Shown one piece after another: positions 25,401-40,102 of a stretch of 64,000 nt of DNA. The DNA is from Eledone cirrhosa (taxonomy: Eukaryota). Numbering within the stretch: the first letter of the stretch is position 1; every line of letters starts with the position of its first letter. Position numbers and translations under genes: made by a program. Location: the NCBI GenBank assembly GCA_964016885.1, contig OZ024741.1, forward strand, positions 262,508,001 to 262,572,000, in the 5' to 3' direction. The notes under the pieces were generated by a model. The model was given only the letters and a program-made list of their open reading frames with translations. It ran no database searches and was not told where the DNA came from.

Positions 25401-28400
25401 TCGGTTTACGAGTGTTTCGACTTACGAGTGTTTTGACTTACGGGTGTTTTGACATAAGAGTGTTTCGATACGAGTGTTCTGACTTACGAGTGTTCTGACT
25501 TACGAGTGTTCTGACTTACGGGTGTTCTGACTTACGAGTGTTCCGACTTACGAGTGTTTCGGCTTACGGGTGTTCCGACATACGAGTGTTTCTACTTACG
25601 AGTGTTTCGACTTACGAGTGTTCCGACTTACGAGTGTTTTGTCTTACGAGTGATCCGACTTACGAGTGTTTCGGCTTACGAGTGTTTCGGCTCACGAGTT
25701 TTCCGACTTACGAGTGTTTCGGCTTACGGATGTTTCGACTTACGGGTGTTTCGACTCACGAGTGTTTCTACTTACGAGTGTTTCGACTTACGAGTGTTTT
25801 CACTTACGAGTGTTCCGACTTACGAGTGTTTCGGCTTACGAGTGTTCCGACCTACGAGGGTTTCGGCTTACGGGTGTTCCGACTTACGAGTATTTTCAGC
25901 TTACGAGTGTTTCGACTTACGAGTGTTTTGACTTACGGGTGTTTTGACATAAGAGTGTTTCGATACGAGTGTTCTGACTTACGAGTGTTCTGACTTACGA
26001 GTGTTCTGACTTACGGGTGTTCTGACTTACGAGTGTTCCGACTTACGAGTGTTTCGGCTTATGAGTGTTTCGGCGTACGAGCGTTTGGACTACGAGTATT
26101 TCGACTTACGAATGTTTTTGCTTACGAGTGTTTCGACTTACGAATGTTTTTGCTTACGAATGTTTTTGCTTACGAGTGTTCTGACTTACGAGTGTTTTGA
26201 CTTACGAGTGTTCCGACTTACGACTGTTTTGGTTTACGTGATTTTCGACTTACGAATGTTTCGGCTTACGAGTGTTTCGACTTACGAGTGTTCCGACCTA
26301 CGAGTGTTTCGGCTACGGATGTTCCGACTTACGAGTATTTTCGGCTTACGAGTGTTTTGACTTACGATTGTTTTGACTTACGAGTGTTTTGACTTAAGAA
26401 TATTTTGACTTACGGGTGTTTCGGCTTACGAGTGTTTCGACTTACGAGTGTTTTGGTTTACGTGTGTTTCGACTTACTAATGTTTCGGCTTACGAGTGTT
26501 TAGAATTACGAGTGTTTCGACTTACGGTTGTTCTGACTTACGGGTATTCCGACTTCCGAGTAATTTGGCATACGAGTGTTTCGACTTACGAGTGTTTTCG
26601 GCTTACGAGTGTTTCGACTTACGAGTGTTTTGACTTACGATTGTTTCGGCTTACGAGTGTTTCGACTTACGAGTGTTTCGGCTTACGAGTGTTTCGGCTT
26701 ATGAGTGTTTTGACTTAAGGGTGTTTCGACGAGTGTTTCGATACGAGTGTTTCGACTTACGGGTGTTCTGACTTACGAGTGTTCTGATTTACGAATGTTT
26801 CGAATTATGAGTGTTTCGACTACGAGTGTTTCGACTTACGAATGTTTTTGCTTACGAGTGTTTCGACTTACGAATGTTTTTGCTTACGAGTGTTTCGGCT
26901 TACGAGTGTTTCGACTTACAAGTGTTTCGACTTACGAGTGTTTTGACTTACGGTGTTTCGGCTTACGAGTGTTTCGACATACGAGTGTTTTGACTTACCG
27001 GTGTTTCGACTTACGGGTGTTTCGACTTACGAGAGTTTCGACTTACGAGTGTTCTGACTTACGAGTGTTCTGACTTACGAGTGTTCCGACTTGCGAGTGT
27101 TTCGGCTTACGAGTGTTTCGACATGCGAGTGTTTTGACTTACGGATGTTTCGACTTACGGGTGTTTCGACTCACGAGTGTTTCTACTTACGAGTGTTTCG
27201 ACTTACGAGTGTTCCGACTTACGAGTGTTTTGACTTACGAGTGTTCCGACTTACGAGTGTTTCGGCTTACGAGTGTTTCGGCTCACGAGTGTTTCGACTT
27301 ACGAGTGTTTTGAATTACGAATGTTTTGCCTTACGGGTGTTTCGGTTTACGAGTGTTTTGACTTACGAGTGTTCTGACTTACGAGTATTCCGGCTTACGA
27401 GTGTTTCGGCTTACGAGTGTTTCGACTTACGAGTGTTCCGACCTACGAGTGTTTCGGCTACGGATGTTCCGACTTACGAGTGTTTCGACTTACGAGTGTT
27501 TTGACTTACGGGTGTTTCGACTTACGAGATTTTTTACTTACGGGTGTTTCGACTTACGGGTGTTTTGACATGCGAGTGTTTCGATACGAGTGTTTCGACT
27601 TACGAGTGTTCTGACTTACGAGTGTTTCGACTTACGAGTGTTTCGACTTACGAGTGTTTCGACTTACGAGTGTTTCCACTTACGAGTGCTTTTGCCATAC
27701 GGGTGTTTCGGTTTACGAGTGTTTCGACTTACGAGTGTTCTGACTTACGAGTATTCCGACTTACGAGTGTTTCGACTTACGAGTGTTTCGGCTTAAGAGT
27801 GTTTCGACATGCGAGTGTTTTGAATTACGGATGTTTCGACTTACTGGTGTTTCGACTCACGAGTGTTTCTACTTACGAGTGTTTCGACTTACGAGTGTTC
27901 CGACTTACGAGTGATTTGACTTACGAGTGTTCCGACTTACGAGTGTTTCGGCTTACGAGTGTTTCGGCTCACGAGTTTTTCGACTTAAGAGTGTTTTGAA
28001 TTACGAATGTTTTGCCTTACGGGTGTTTCGGTTTACGAGTGTTTTGACTTACGAGTATTCTGACTTACGAGTGTTCCGACTTACGGGTGTTTCGACTTAC
28101 GAGTGTTTCGACATACGAGTGTTCCGACCTACGAGGGTTTCGGCTTACGGGTGTTCCGACTTACGAGTATTTTCGACTTACGAGTGTTTCGACTTACGAG
28201 TGTTTTGACTTACGATTGTTTCGGCTTACGAGTGTTTCGACTTACGAGTGTTTTGGCTTACGGGTGTTTTGACATACTAGTGTTTCGATACGAGTGTTCT
28301 GACTTACGAGTGTTCCGACTTACGTGTGTTTCGGCTTATGAGTGTTTCGGCTTACGAGCGTTTCGACTACGAGTGTTTCGACTTACGAATGTTTTTGCTT

Positions 28401-28948
28401 ACGAGTGTTTCGACTTACGAATGTTTTTGCTTACGAATGTTTTTGCTTACGAGTGGTCTGACTTACGAGTGTTTTGACTTACGAGTGTTCCGACTTACGA
28501 GTGTTTTGGTTTACGTGTGTTTCGACTTACGAATGTTTCGGCTTACGAGTGTTTCGACTTACGAGTGTTCCGACCTACGAGTGTTTCGGCTACGGATGTT
28601 CCGACTTACGAGTGTTCTGACTTACGATTGTTCCGACTTGCGAGTGTTTCGGCTTACGAGTGTTTCGACATGCGAGTGTTTTGACTTACGGATGTTTCGA
28701 CTTACGGGTGTTTCGACTCACGAGTGTTTCCACTTACGAGTGTTTCGACTTACGAGTGTTCCGACTTACGAGTGTTTTGACTTACGAGTGTTCCGACTTA
28801 CGAGTGTTTCGGCTTACGAGTGTTTCGGCTCACGAGTGTTTCGACTTACGAGTGTTTCGACTTACGAGTGTTTCGACTTACGAGTGCATTTGCCATACGG
28901 GTGTTTCGGTTTACGAGTGTTTCGGCTTACGAGTGTTTCGACTTACGA

Positions 28949-29025
28949 AAATAACAAATAGACGCGGTTTCAAATCTCTATGCTTTTCAAATTCATTACA
29001 TTAATCTTTATTTATACGTTTCGCT
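28949..29025 (+). repeat. AT-rich interspersed element, copy 10
   Basis: Same element; ATG at 28980. Confidence 0.95.
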
Positions 29026-32000
29026 TTACGAATGTTTCGACTTACGAGTGTTTCGACTTACGAGTGTTTCGGCTTACGAGTGTTTTGACTTACGAGTGTT
29101 TTGACTTACGGGTGTTTTGACATACGAGTGTTTCGATACGAGTGTTTCGACTTACGAGTGTTTCGGCTTACGAGTGTTTCGGCTCACGAGTGTTTCGACT
29201 TAAGAGTGTTTCGACTTACGAGTGTTTCGACTTACGAGTGTTTCGACTTACGTGTGCTTTTGCCATACGGGTGTTTCGGTTTACGAGTGTTTCGACTTAC
29301 GAGTGTTTCGACTTACGAGTGTTCCGACCTACGAGTGTTTCGGCTTACGGGTGTTCCGACCTACGAGTGTTTCGACTGACGAGTGTTTTGACTTACGATT
29401 GTTTCGGCTTACGAGTGTTTCGACTTACGAGTGTTTCGACTTACGAGTGTTCTGACTTACGAGTGTTCTGACTTACGAGTGTTCCGACTTACGAGTGTTT
29501 CGGCTTACGAGTGTTTCGACATGCGAGTGTTTTGACTTACGGATGTTTCGACTTACGGGTGTTTCGGCTCACGAGTTTTTCGACTTACGAGTGTTTTGAA
29601 TTACGAATGTTTTGCCTTACGGGTGTTTCGGTTTACGAGTGTTTTGACTTACGAGTATTCTGACTTACGAGTGTTCCGACTTACGGGTGTTTCGACTTAC
29701 GAGTGTTTCGACTTACGAGTGTTCCGACCTACGAGGGTTTCGGCTTACGGGTGTTCCGACTTACGAGTATTTTCGGCTTATGAGTGTTTCGACTTACGAG
29801 TGTTTTGTCTTACGCTTGTTTCGGCTTACGAGTGTTTCGACTTACGAGTGTTTTGACTTACGGTGTTTCGGTTTACGCGTGTTTCGACTTACGAGTGTTT
29901 TGATTTACGGGTGTTTTGACATACGAGTGTTTCGATACGAGTGTTCTGACTTACGAGTGTTCTGACTTACGGGTGTTCTGACTTACGAGTGTTTCGGCTT
30001 ATGAGTGTTTCCACTTACGAGTGCTTTTGCCATACGGGTGTTTCGGTTTACGAGTGTTTCGACTTACGAGTGTTCTGACTTACGAGTGTTCCGACTTACG
30101 AGTGTTTAGACTTACGAGTGTTTCGGCTTAAGAGTGTTTCGACATGCGAGTGTTTTGAATTACGGATGTTTCGACTTACTGGTGTTTCGACTCACGAGTG
30201 TTTCTACTTACGAGTGTTTCGACTTAGGAGTGTTCCGACTTACGAGTGTTTTGACTTACGAGTGTTCCGACTTACGAGTGTTTCGGCTTACGAGTGTTTC
30301 GGCTCACGAGTTTTTCGACTTAAGAGTGTTTTGAATTACGAATGTTTTGCCTTACGGGTGTTTCGGTTTACGAGTGTTTTGATTGACGAGTATTCTGACT
30401 TACGAGTGTTCCGACTTACGGGTGTTTCGACTTACGAGTGTTTCGACATACGAGTGTTCCGACCTACGAGGGTTTCGGCTTACGGGTGTTCCGACTTACG
30501 AGTATTTTCGACTTACGAGTGTTTCGACTTACGAGTGTTTTGACTTACGATTGTTTCGGCTTACGAGTGTTTCGACTTACGAGTGTTTTGGCTTACGGGT
30601 GTTTTGACATACTAGTGTTTCGATACGAGTGTTCTGACTTACGAGTGTTCCGACTTACGAGTGTTTCGGCTTATGAGTGTTTCGGCTTACGAGCGTTTCG
30701 ACTACGAGTGTTTCGACTTACGAATGTTTTTGCTTACGAGTGTTTCGACTTACGAATGTTTTTGCTTACGAATGTTTTTGCTTACGAGTGTTCTGACTTA
30801 CGAGTGTTTTGACTTACGAGTGTTCCGACTTACGAGTGTTTTGGTTTACGTGTGTTTCGACTTACGAATGTTCCGACCTACGAGGGTTTCGGCTTACGGG
30901 TGTTCCGACTTACGAGTATTTTCGGCTTATGAGTGTTTCGACTTACGAGTGTTTTGTCTTACGATTGTTTCGGCTTACGAGTGTTTCGACTTACGAGTGT
31001 TTTGACTTACGGGTGTTTTGACATACGAGTGTTTCGATACGAGTGTTCTGACTTACGAGTGTTCTGACTTACGAGTGTTCTGACTTACGGGTGTTCTGAC
31101 TTACGAGTGTTTCGGCTTATGAGTGTTTCCACTTACGAGTGCTTTTGCCATACGGGTGTTTCGGTTTACGAGTGTTTCGACTTACGAGTGTTCTGACTTA
31201 CGAGTGTTCCGACTTACGAGTGTTTCGACTTACGAGTGTTTCGGCTTAAGAGTGTTTCGACATGCGAGTGTTTTGAATTACGGATGTTTCGACTTACTGG
31301 TGTTTCGACTCACGAGTGTTTCTACTTACGACTGTTTCGACTTACGAGTGTTTTGACTTACGAGTGTTCCGACTTACGAGTGTTTCGGCTTACGAGTGTT
31401 TCGGCTCACGAGTTTTTCGACTTAAGAGTGTTTTGAATTACGAATGTTTTGCCTTACGGGTGTTTCGGTTTACGAGTGTTTTGACTTACGAGTATTCTGA
31501 CTTACGAGTGTTCCGACTTACGGGTGTTTCGACTTACGAGTGTTTCGACATACGAGTGTTCCGACCTACGAGGGTTTCGGCTTACGGGTGTTCCGACTTA
31601 CGAGTATTTTCGATTTACGAGTGTTTCGACTTACGAGTGTTTTGGCTTACGGGTGTTTTGACATACTAGTGTTTCGATACGAGTGTTCTGACTTACGAGT
31701 GTTCCGACTTACGAGTGTTTCGGCTTACGAGCGTTTCGACTACGAGTGTTTCGACTTACGAATGTTTTTGCTTACGAGTGTTTCGACTTACGAATGTTTT
31801 TGCTTACGAATGTTTTTGCTTACGAGTGTTCTGACTTACGAGTGTTTTGATTTACGAGTGTTCCGACTTACGAGTGTTTTGGTTTACGTGTGTTTCGACT
31901 TACGAATGTTTCGGCTTACGAGTGTTTCGACTTACGAGTGTTCCGACCTACGAGTGTTTCGGCTACGGATGTTCCGACTTACGAGTGTTCAGACTTACGA

Positions 32001-32417
32001 GTGTTCCGACTTGCGAGTGTTTCGGCTTACGAGTGTTTCGACATGCGAGTGTTTTGACTTACGGATGTTTCGACTCACGAGTGTTTCTACTTACGAGTGT
32101 TTCGACTTACGAGTGTTCCGACTTACGAGTGTTTTGACTTACGAGTGTTCCGACTTACGAGTGTTTCGGCTTACGAGTGTTTCGGCTCACGAGTGTTTCG
32201 ACTTACGAGTGTTTCGACTTACGAGTGTTTCGACTTACGAGTGCATTTGCCATACGGGTGTTTCGGTTTACGAGTGTTTCGGCTTACGAGTGTTTCGGCT
32301 CACGAGTGTTCTGACTTACGAGTGTTCTGACTTACGAGTGTTCTGACTTACGAGTGTTCCGACTTACGAGTGTTTCGGCTCACGAGTGTTTCGGCTTACG
32401 AGTGTTTCGACTTACGA

Positions 32418-32494
32418 AAATAACAAATAGACGCGGTTTCAAATCTCTATGCTTTTCAAATTCATTACATTAATCTTTATTTATACGTTTCGCT
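32418..32494 (+). repeat. AT-rich interspersed element, copy 11
   Basis: Same element; ATG at 32449. Confidence 0.95.
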
Positions 32495-34679
32495 TTACGA
32501 ATGTTTCGACTTACGAGTGTTTCGACTTACGAGTGTTTCGGCTTACGAGTGTTTTGACTTACGACATTTTTTACTTACGGGTGTTTCGACTTACGCGTGT
32601 TTCGGCTTACGAATGTTTTGACTTACGAGTGTTTTGACTTACGGGTGTTTTGACATACGAGTGTTTCGATACGAGTGTTTCGACTACGAGTGTTTCGACT
32701 TACGAGTGTTTCGACTTACGAGTGTTTCGACTTACGTGTGCTTTTGCCATACGGGTGTTTCGGTTTACGAGTGTTTCGACTTACGAGTGTTCTGACTTAC
32801 GAGTGTTCCGACTTACGAGTGTTTCGACTTACGAGTGTTTCGACTTACGAGTGTTCCGACCTACGAGTGTTTCGGCTTACGGGTGTTCCGACCTACGAGT
32901 GTTTCGACTGACGAGTGTTTTGACTTACGATTGTTTCGGCTTACGAGTGTTTCGACTTACGAGTGTTTCGACTTACGAGTGTTCTGACTTACGAGTGTTC
33001 TGACTTACGAGTGTTCCGACTTACGAGTGTTTCGGCTTACGAGTGTTTCGACATGCGAGTGTTTTGACTTACGGATGTTTCGACTTACGGGTGTTTCGAC
33101 TCACGAGTGTTTCTACTTGCGAGTGTTTCGACTTACGAGTGTTCCGACTTACGAGTGTTTTGACTTACGAGTGTTCCGACTTACGAGTGTTTCGGCTTAC
33201 GAGTGTTTCGGCTCACGAGTTTTTCGACTTACGAGTGTTTTGAATTACGAATGTTTTGCCTTACGGGTGTTTCGGTTTACGAATGTTTTGACTTACGAGT
33301 ATTCTGACTTACGAGTGTTCCGACTTACGGGTGTTTCGACTTACGAGTGTTTCGACTTACGAGTGTTCCGACCTACGAGGGTTTCGGCTTACGGGTGTTC
33401 CGACTTACGAGTATTTTCGGCTTACGAGTGTTTCGACTTACGAGTGTTTTGTCTTACGATTGTTTCGGCTTACGAGTGTTTCGACTTACGAGTGTTTTGA
33501 CTTACGGTGTTTCGGTTTACGCGTGTTTCGACTTACGAGTGTTTTGACTTACGGGTGTTTTGACATACGAGTGTTTCGATACGAGTGTTCTGACTTACGA
33601 GTGTTCTGACTTACGAGTGTTCTGACTTACGGGTGTTCTGACTTACGAGTGTTCCGACTTACGAGTGTTTCGGCTTATGAGTGTTTCGGCTTACGAGCGT
33701 TTCGACTACGAGTGTTTCGACTTACGAATGTTTTTGCTTACGAGTGTTTCGACTTACGAATGTTTTTGCTTACGAGTGTTCTGACTTACGAGTGTTTTGA
33801 CTTACGAGTGTTCCGACTTACGAGTGTTTTGGTTTACGTGTGTTTCGACTTACGAATGTTTCGGTTTACGAGTGTTTCGACTTACGAGTGTTCCGACCTA
33901 CGAGTGTTTCGGCTACGGATGTTCCGACTTACGAGTATTTTCGGCTTACGAGTGTTTTGACTTACGATTGTTTTGACTTACGAATTTTTCGGCTTACGAG
34001 TGTTTCGACTTACGTGTGTTTCGATTTACGAGTGTTTTGACTTAAGAATATTTTGACTTACGGGTGTTTCGGCTTACGAGTGTTTCGACTTACGAGTGTT
34101 TCGGCTTACGAGTGTTTCGGCTTATGAGTGTTTTGACTTAAGGGTGTTTCGACGAGTGTTTCGATACGAGTGTTTCGACTTACGGGTGTTCTGACTTACG
34201 AGTGTTCTGATTTACGGATGTTTCGAATTATGAGTGTTTCGACTACGAGTGTTTCGACTTACGAGCGTTTCGACTAGGAGTGTTTCGACTTACGAATGTT
34301 TTTGCTAACGAGTGTTTCGACTTACGAATGTTTCGACTTACAAGTGTTTCGACTTACGAGTGTTTTGACTTACGGTGTTTCGGCTTACGAGTGTTTCAAC
34401 ATACGAGTGTTTTGACTTACCGGTGTTTCGACTTACGGGTGTTTCGACTTACGAGAGTTTCGACTTACGAGTGTTCTGACTTACGAGTGTTCTGACTTAC
34501 GAGTGTTCCGACTTGCGAGTGTTTCGGCCTACGAGTGTTTCGACATGCGAGTTTTTTGACTTACGGATGTTTCGACTTACGGGTGTTTCGACTCACGAGT
34601 GTTTCTACTTACGAGTGTTTCGAATTACGAGTGTTCCGACTTACGAGTGTTTTGACTTACGAGTGTTCCGACTTACGAG

Positions 34680-37600
34680 TGTTTCGGCTTACGAGTGTTT
34701 CGGCTCACGAGTGTTCCGACTTACGAGTGTTCCGACTTACGAGTGTTTCGGCTACGGATGTTCCGACTTACGAGTATTTTCGGCTTACGAGTGTTTTGAC
34801 TTACGATTGTTTTGACTTACGGGTATTTCGGCTTACGAGTGTTTCGACTTACGAGTGTTTCGAATTACGAATGTTTCGGCTTACGAGTGTTTCGACTTAC
34901 GAGTGTTTTGACTTACGGGTGTTTCGACTTACGAGTGTTTTGGTTTACGTGTGTTTCGACTTACGAATGTTTCGGCTTACGAGTGTTTCGACTTACGAGT
35001 GTTTAAACTTACGAGTGTTTTGACTTACGGGTGTTTCGACTTACGAGTGTTTTGGTTTACGTGTGTTTCGACTTACGAATGTTTCGACTTACGAGTGTTT
35101 TGACTTACGATTGTTTCGGCTTACGAGTGTTTCGACTTACGAGTGTTTCGGCTTACGAGTGTTTCGGCTTACGAGTGTTTTGACTTAAGGGTGTTTCGAC
35201 GAGTGTTTCGATACGAGTGTTCCGACTTACGGGTGTTTCGACTTACGAGTGTTTCGACATACGAGTGTTCCGACCTACGAGGGTTTCGGCTTACGGGTGT
35301 TCCGACTTACGAGTATTTTCGACTTACGAGTGTTTCGACTTAAGAGTGTTTTGACTTACGATTGTTTCGGCTTACGAGTGTTTCGACTTACGAGTGTTTT
35401 GGCTTACGGGTGTTTTGACATACTAGTGTTTCGATACGAGTGTTCTGACTTACGAGTGTTCCGACTTACGAGTGTTTCGGCTTATGAGTGTTTCGGCTTA
35501 CGAGCGTTTTGACTACGAGTGTTTCGACTTACGAATGTTTTTGCTTACGAGTGTTTCGACTTACGAATGTTTTTGCTTACGAATGTTTTTGCTTACGAGT
35601 GTTCTGACTTACGAGTGTTTTGACTTACGAGTGTTCCGACTTACGAGTGTTTTGGTTTACGTGTGTTTCGACTTACGAGTGTTCCGACCTACGAGGGTTT
35701 CGGCTTACGGGTGTTCCGACTTACGAGTATTTTCGGCTTATGAGTGTTTCGACTTACGAGTGTTTTGTCTTACGATTGTTTCGGCTTACGAGTGTTTCGA
35801 CTTACGAGTGTTTTGACTTACGGGTGTTTTGACATACGAGTGTTTCGATACGAGTGTTCTGACTTACGAGTGTTCTGACTTACGAGTGTTCTGACTTACG
35901 GGTGTTCTGACTTACGAGTGTTTCGGCTTATGAGTGTTTCCACTTACGAGTGCTTTTGCCATACGGGTGTTTCGGTTTACGAGTGTTTCGACTTACGAGT
36001 GTTCTGACTTACGAGTGTTCTGACTTACGAGTGTTCTGACTTACGAGTGTTCCGACTTACGAGTGTTTCGGCTTATGAGTGTTTTGGCTTACGTGTGTTT
36101 CGGCTTACGAGTGTTTCGACTTACGAGTGTTTCGACTTACGAAAATAACAAATAGACGCGGTTTCAAATCTCTATGCTTTTCAAGTTCATTACATTAATC
36201 TTTATTTATATGTTTCGCTTTACGAATGTTTCGACTTACGAGTGTTTCGACTTACGAGTGTGTCGGCATACGAGTGTTTTGACTTACGAGATTTTTTACT
36301 TACGGGTGTTTCGACTTACGCGTGTTTCGGCTTACGAATGTTTTGACTTACGAGTGTTTTGGCTTACGGGTGTTTTGACATGCGAGTGTTTCGATACGAG
36401 TGTTTCGACTCACGAGTGTTCTGACTTACGAGTGTTTTGTCTTACGACTGTTTCGGCTTACGAGTGTTTCGACTTACGAGTGTTTTGACTTACGGTGTTT
36501 CGGTTTACGTGTGTTTCGACTTACGAGTGTTTAGACTTACGGGTGTTTTGACATACGAGTGTTTCGATACGAGTGTTCTGACTTACGAGTGTTCTGACTT
36601 ACGAGTGTTCTGACTTACGGGTGTTCTGACTTACGAGTGTTCCGACTTACGAGTGTTTCGACTTATGAGTGTTTCGGCTTACGAGCGTTTCGACTACGAG
36701 TGTTTCGACTTACGAATGTTTTTGCTTACGAGTGTTTCGACTTACGAATGTTTTTGCTTACGAATGTTTTTGCTTACGAGTGTTCTGACTTACGAGTGTT
36801 TTGACTTACGAGTGTTCCGACTTACGAGTGTTTTGGTTTACGTGTGTTTCGACTTACGAATGTTTCGGCTTACGAGTGTTTCGACTTACGAGTGTTCCGA
36901 CCTACGAGTGTTTCGGCTACGGATGTTCCGACTTACGAGTATTTTCGGCTTACGAGTGTTTCGACTTACGAGTGTTTTGACTTACGGGTGTTTCGACTTA
37001 CGAGTGTTTTGGTTTACGTGTGTTTCGACTTACGAATGTTTCGGCTTACGAGTGTTTCGACTTACGAGTGTTTCGACTTACGGTTGTTCTGACTTACGGG
37101 TATTCCGACTTACGAGTGATTTGGCATACGAGTGTTTCGACTTACGAGTGTTTTCGGCTTACGAGTGTTTCGACTTACGAGTGTTTTGACTTACGATTGT
37201 TTCGGCTTACGAGTGTTTCGACTTACGAGTGTTTCGGCTTACGAGTGTTTCGTCTTATGAGTGTTTTGACTTAAGGGTGTTTCGACGAGTGTTTCCTTAC
37301 GAGTGTTTCGACTTACGGGTGTTCTGACTTACGAGTGTTCTGATTTACGGATGTTTCGAATTATGAGTGTTTCGACTACGAGTGTTTCGACTTACGAGTG
37401 TTTCGACTACGAGTGTTTCGACTTACGAGTGTTCTGACTTACGAGTGTTCTGACTTACGGGTGTTCTGACTTACGAGTGTTCCGACTTACGAGTGTTTCG
37501 GCTTATGAGTGTTTCGGCTTACGAGCGTTTCGACTACGAGTGTTTCGACTTACGAATGTTTTTGCTAACGAGTGTTTCGGCTTACGAGTGTTTCGGCTCA

Positions 37601-38900
37601 CGAGTGTTCCGACTTACGAGTGTTCCGACTTACGAGTGTTTCGGCTACGGATGTTCCGACTTACGAGTATTTTCGGCTTACGAGTGTTTTGACTTACGAT
37701 TGTTTTGACTTACGGGTATTTCGGCTTACGAGTGTTTCGACTTACGAGTGTTTCGAATTACGAATGTTTCGGCTTACGAGTGTTTCGACTTACGAGTGTT
37801 TTGACTTACGGGTGTTTCGACTTACGAGTGTTTTGGTTTACGTGTGTTTCGACTTACGAATGTTTCGGCTTACGAGTGTTTCGACTTACGAGTGTTTAAA
37901 CTTACGAGTGTTTTGACTTACGGGTGTTTCGACTTACGAGTGTTTTGGTTTACGTGTGTTTCGACTTACGAATGTTTCGACTTACGAGTGTTTTGACTTA
38001 CGATTGTTTCGGCTTACGAGTGTTTCGACTTACGAGTGTTTCGGCTTACGAGTGTTTCGGCTTACGAGTGTTTTGACTTAAGGGTGTTTCGACGAGTGTT
38101 TCGATACGAGTGTTCCGACTTACGGGTGTTTCGACTTACGAGTGTTTCGACATACGAGTGTTCCGACCTACGAGGGTTTCGGCTTACGGGTGTTCCGACT
38201 TACGAGTATTTTCGACTTACGAGTGTTTCGACTTACGAGTGTTTTGACTTACGATTGTTTCGGCTTACGAGTGTTTCGACTTACGAGTGTTTTGGCTTAC
38301 GGGTGTTTTGACATACTAGTGTTTCGATACGAGTGTTCTGACTTACGAGTGTTCCGACTTACGAGTGTTTCGGCTTATGAGTGTTTCGGCTTACGAGCGT
38401 TTTGACTACGAGTGTTTCGACTTACGAATGTTTTTGCTTACGAGTGTTTCGACTTACGAATGTTTTTGCTTACGAATGTTTTTGCTTACGAGTGTTCTGA
38501 CTTACGAGTGTTTTGACTTACGAGTGTTCCGACTTACGAGTGTTTTGGTTTACGTGTGTTTCGACTTACGAGTGTTCCGACCTACGAGGGTTTCGGCTTA
38601 CGGGTGTTCCGACTTACGAGTATTTTCGGCTTATGAGTGTTTCGACTTACGAGTGTTTTGTCTTACGATTGTTTCGGCTTACGAGTGTTTCGACTTACGA
38701 GTGTTTTGACTTACGGGTGTTTTGACATACGAGTGTTTCGATACGAGTGTTCTGACTTACGAGTGTTCTGACTTACGAGTGTTCTGACTTACGGGTGTTC
38801 TGACTTACGAGTGTTTCGGCTTATGAGTGTTTCCACTTACGAGTGCTTTTGCCATACGGGTGTTTCGGTTTACGAGTGTTTCGACTTACGAGTGTTCTGA
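34680..38900 (+). repeat. Direct duplication of ~1.3 kb, offset 2893 bp (~34680-36010 matches ~37573-38900)
   Basis: ORF pairs 34812/37705, 35143/38036, 35249/38142, 35472/38365, 35620/38513; boundaries approximate. Confidence 0.82.
36143..36219 (+). repeat. AT-rich interspersed element, copy 12 (CAAGTTC / TATATG variant)
   Basis: Same element; ATG at 36174; same variants as copy 7. Confidence 0.95.
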
Positions 38901-40025
38901 CTTACGAGTGTTCCGACTTACGAGTGTTTCGACTTACGAGTGTTTCGGCTTAAGAGTGTTTCGACATGCGAGTGTTTTGAATTACGGATGTTTCGACTTA
39001 CTGGTGTTTCGACTCACGAGTGTTTCTACTTACGAGTGTTTCGACTTACGAGTGTTCCGACTTACGAGTGTTTTGACTTACGAGTGTTCCGACTTACGAG
39101 TGTTTCGGCTTACGAGTGTTTCGGCTCACGAGTTTTTCGACTTAAGAGTGTTTTGAATTACGAATGTTTTGCCTTACGGGTGTTTCGGTTTACGAGTGTT
39201 TTGACTTACGAGTATTCTGACTTACGAGTGTTCCGACTTACGGGTGTTTCGACTTACGAGTGTTTCGACATACGAGTGTTCCGACCTACGAGGGTTTCGG
39301 CTTACGGGTTTTCCGACTTACGAGTATTTTCGATTTACGAGTGTTTCGACTTACGAGTGTTTTGGCTTACGGGTGTTTTGACATACTAGTGTTTCGATAC
39401 GAGTGTTCTGACTTACGAGTGTTCCGACTTACGAGTGTTTCGGCTTATGAGTGTTTCGGCTTACGAGCGTTTCGACTACGAGTGTTTCGACTTACGAATG
39501 TTTTTGCTTACGAGTGTTTCGACTTACGAATGTTTTTGCTTACGAATGTTTTTGCTTACGAGTGTTCTGACTTACGAGTGTTTTGACTTACGAGTGTTCC
39601 GACTTACGAGTGTTTTGGTTTACGTGTGTTTCGACTTACGAATGTTTCGGCTTACGAGTGTTTCGACTTACGAGTGTTCCGACCTACGAGTGTTTCGGCT
39701 ACGGATGTTCCGACTTACGAGTGTTCTGACTTACGAGTGTTCCGACTTGCGAGTGTTTCGGCTTACGAGTGTTTCGACATGCGAGTGTTTTGACTTACGG
39801 ATGTTTCGACTTACGAGTGTTTCGACTTACGAGTGCATTTGCCATACGGGTGTTTCGGTTTACGAGTGTTTCGGCTTACGAGTGTTTCGGCTCACGAGTG
39901 TTCTTACTTACGAGTGTTCTGACTTACGAGTGTTCTGACTTACGAGTGTTCTGACTTACGAGTGTTCCGACTTACGAGTGTTTCGGCTCACGAGTGTTTC
40001 GGCTTACGAGTGTTTCGACTTACGA

Positions 40026-40102
40026 AAATAACAAATAGACGCGGTTTCAAATCTCTATGCTTTTCAAATTCATTACATTAATCTTTATTTATACGTTTCG
40101 CT
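40026..40102 (+). repeat. AT-rich interspersed element, copy 13
   Basis: Same element; ATG at 40057. Confidence 0.95.
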
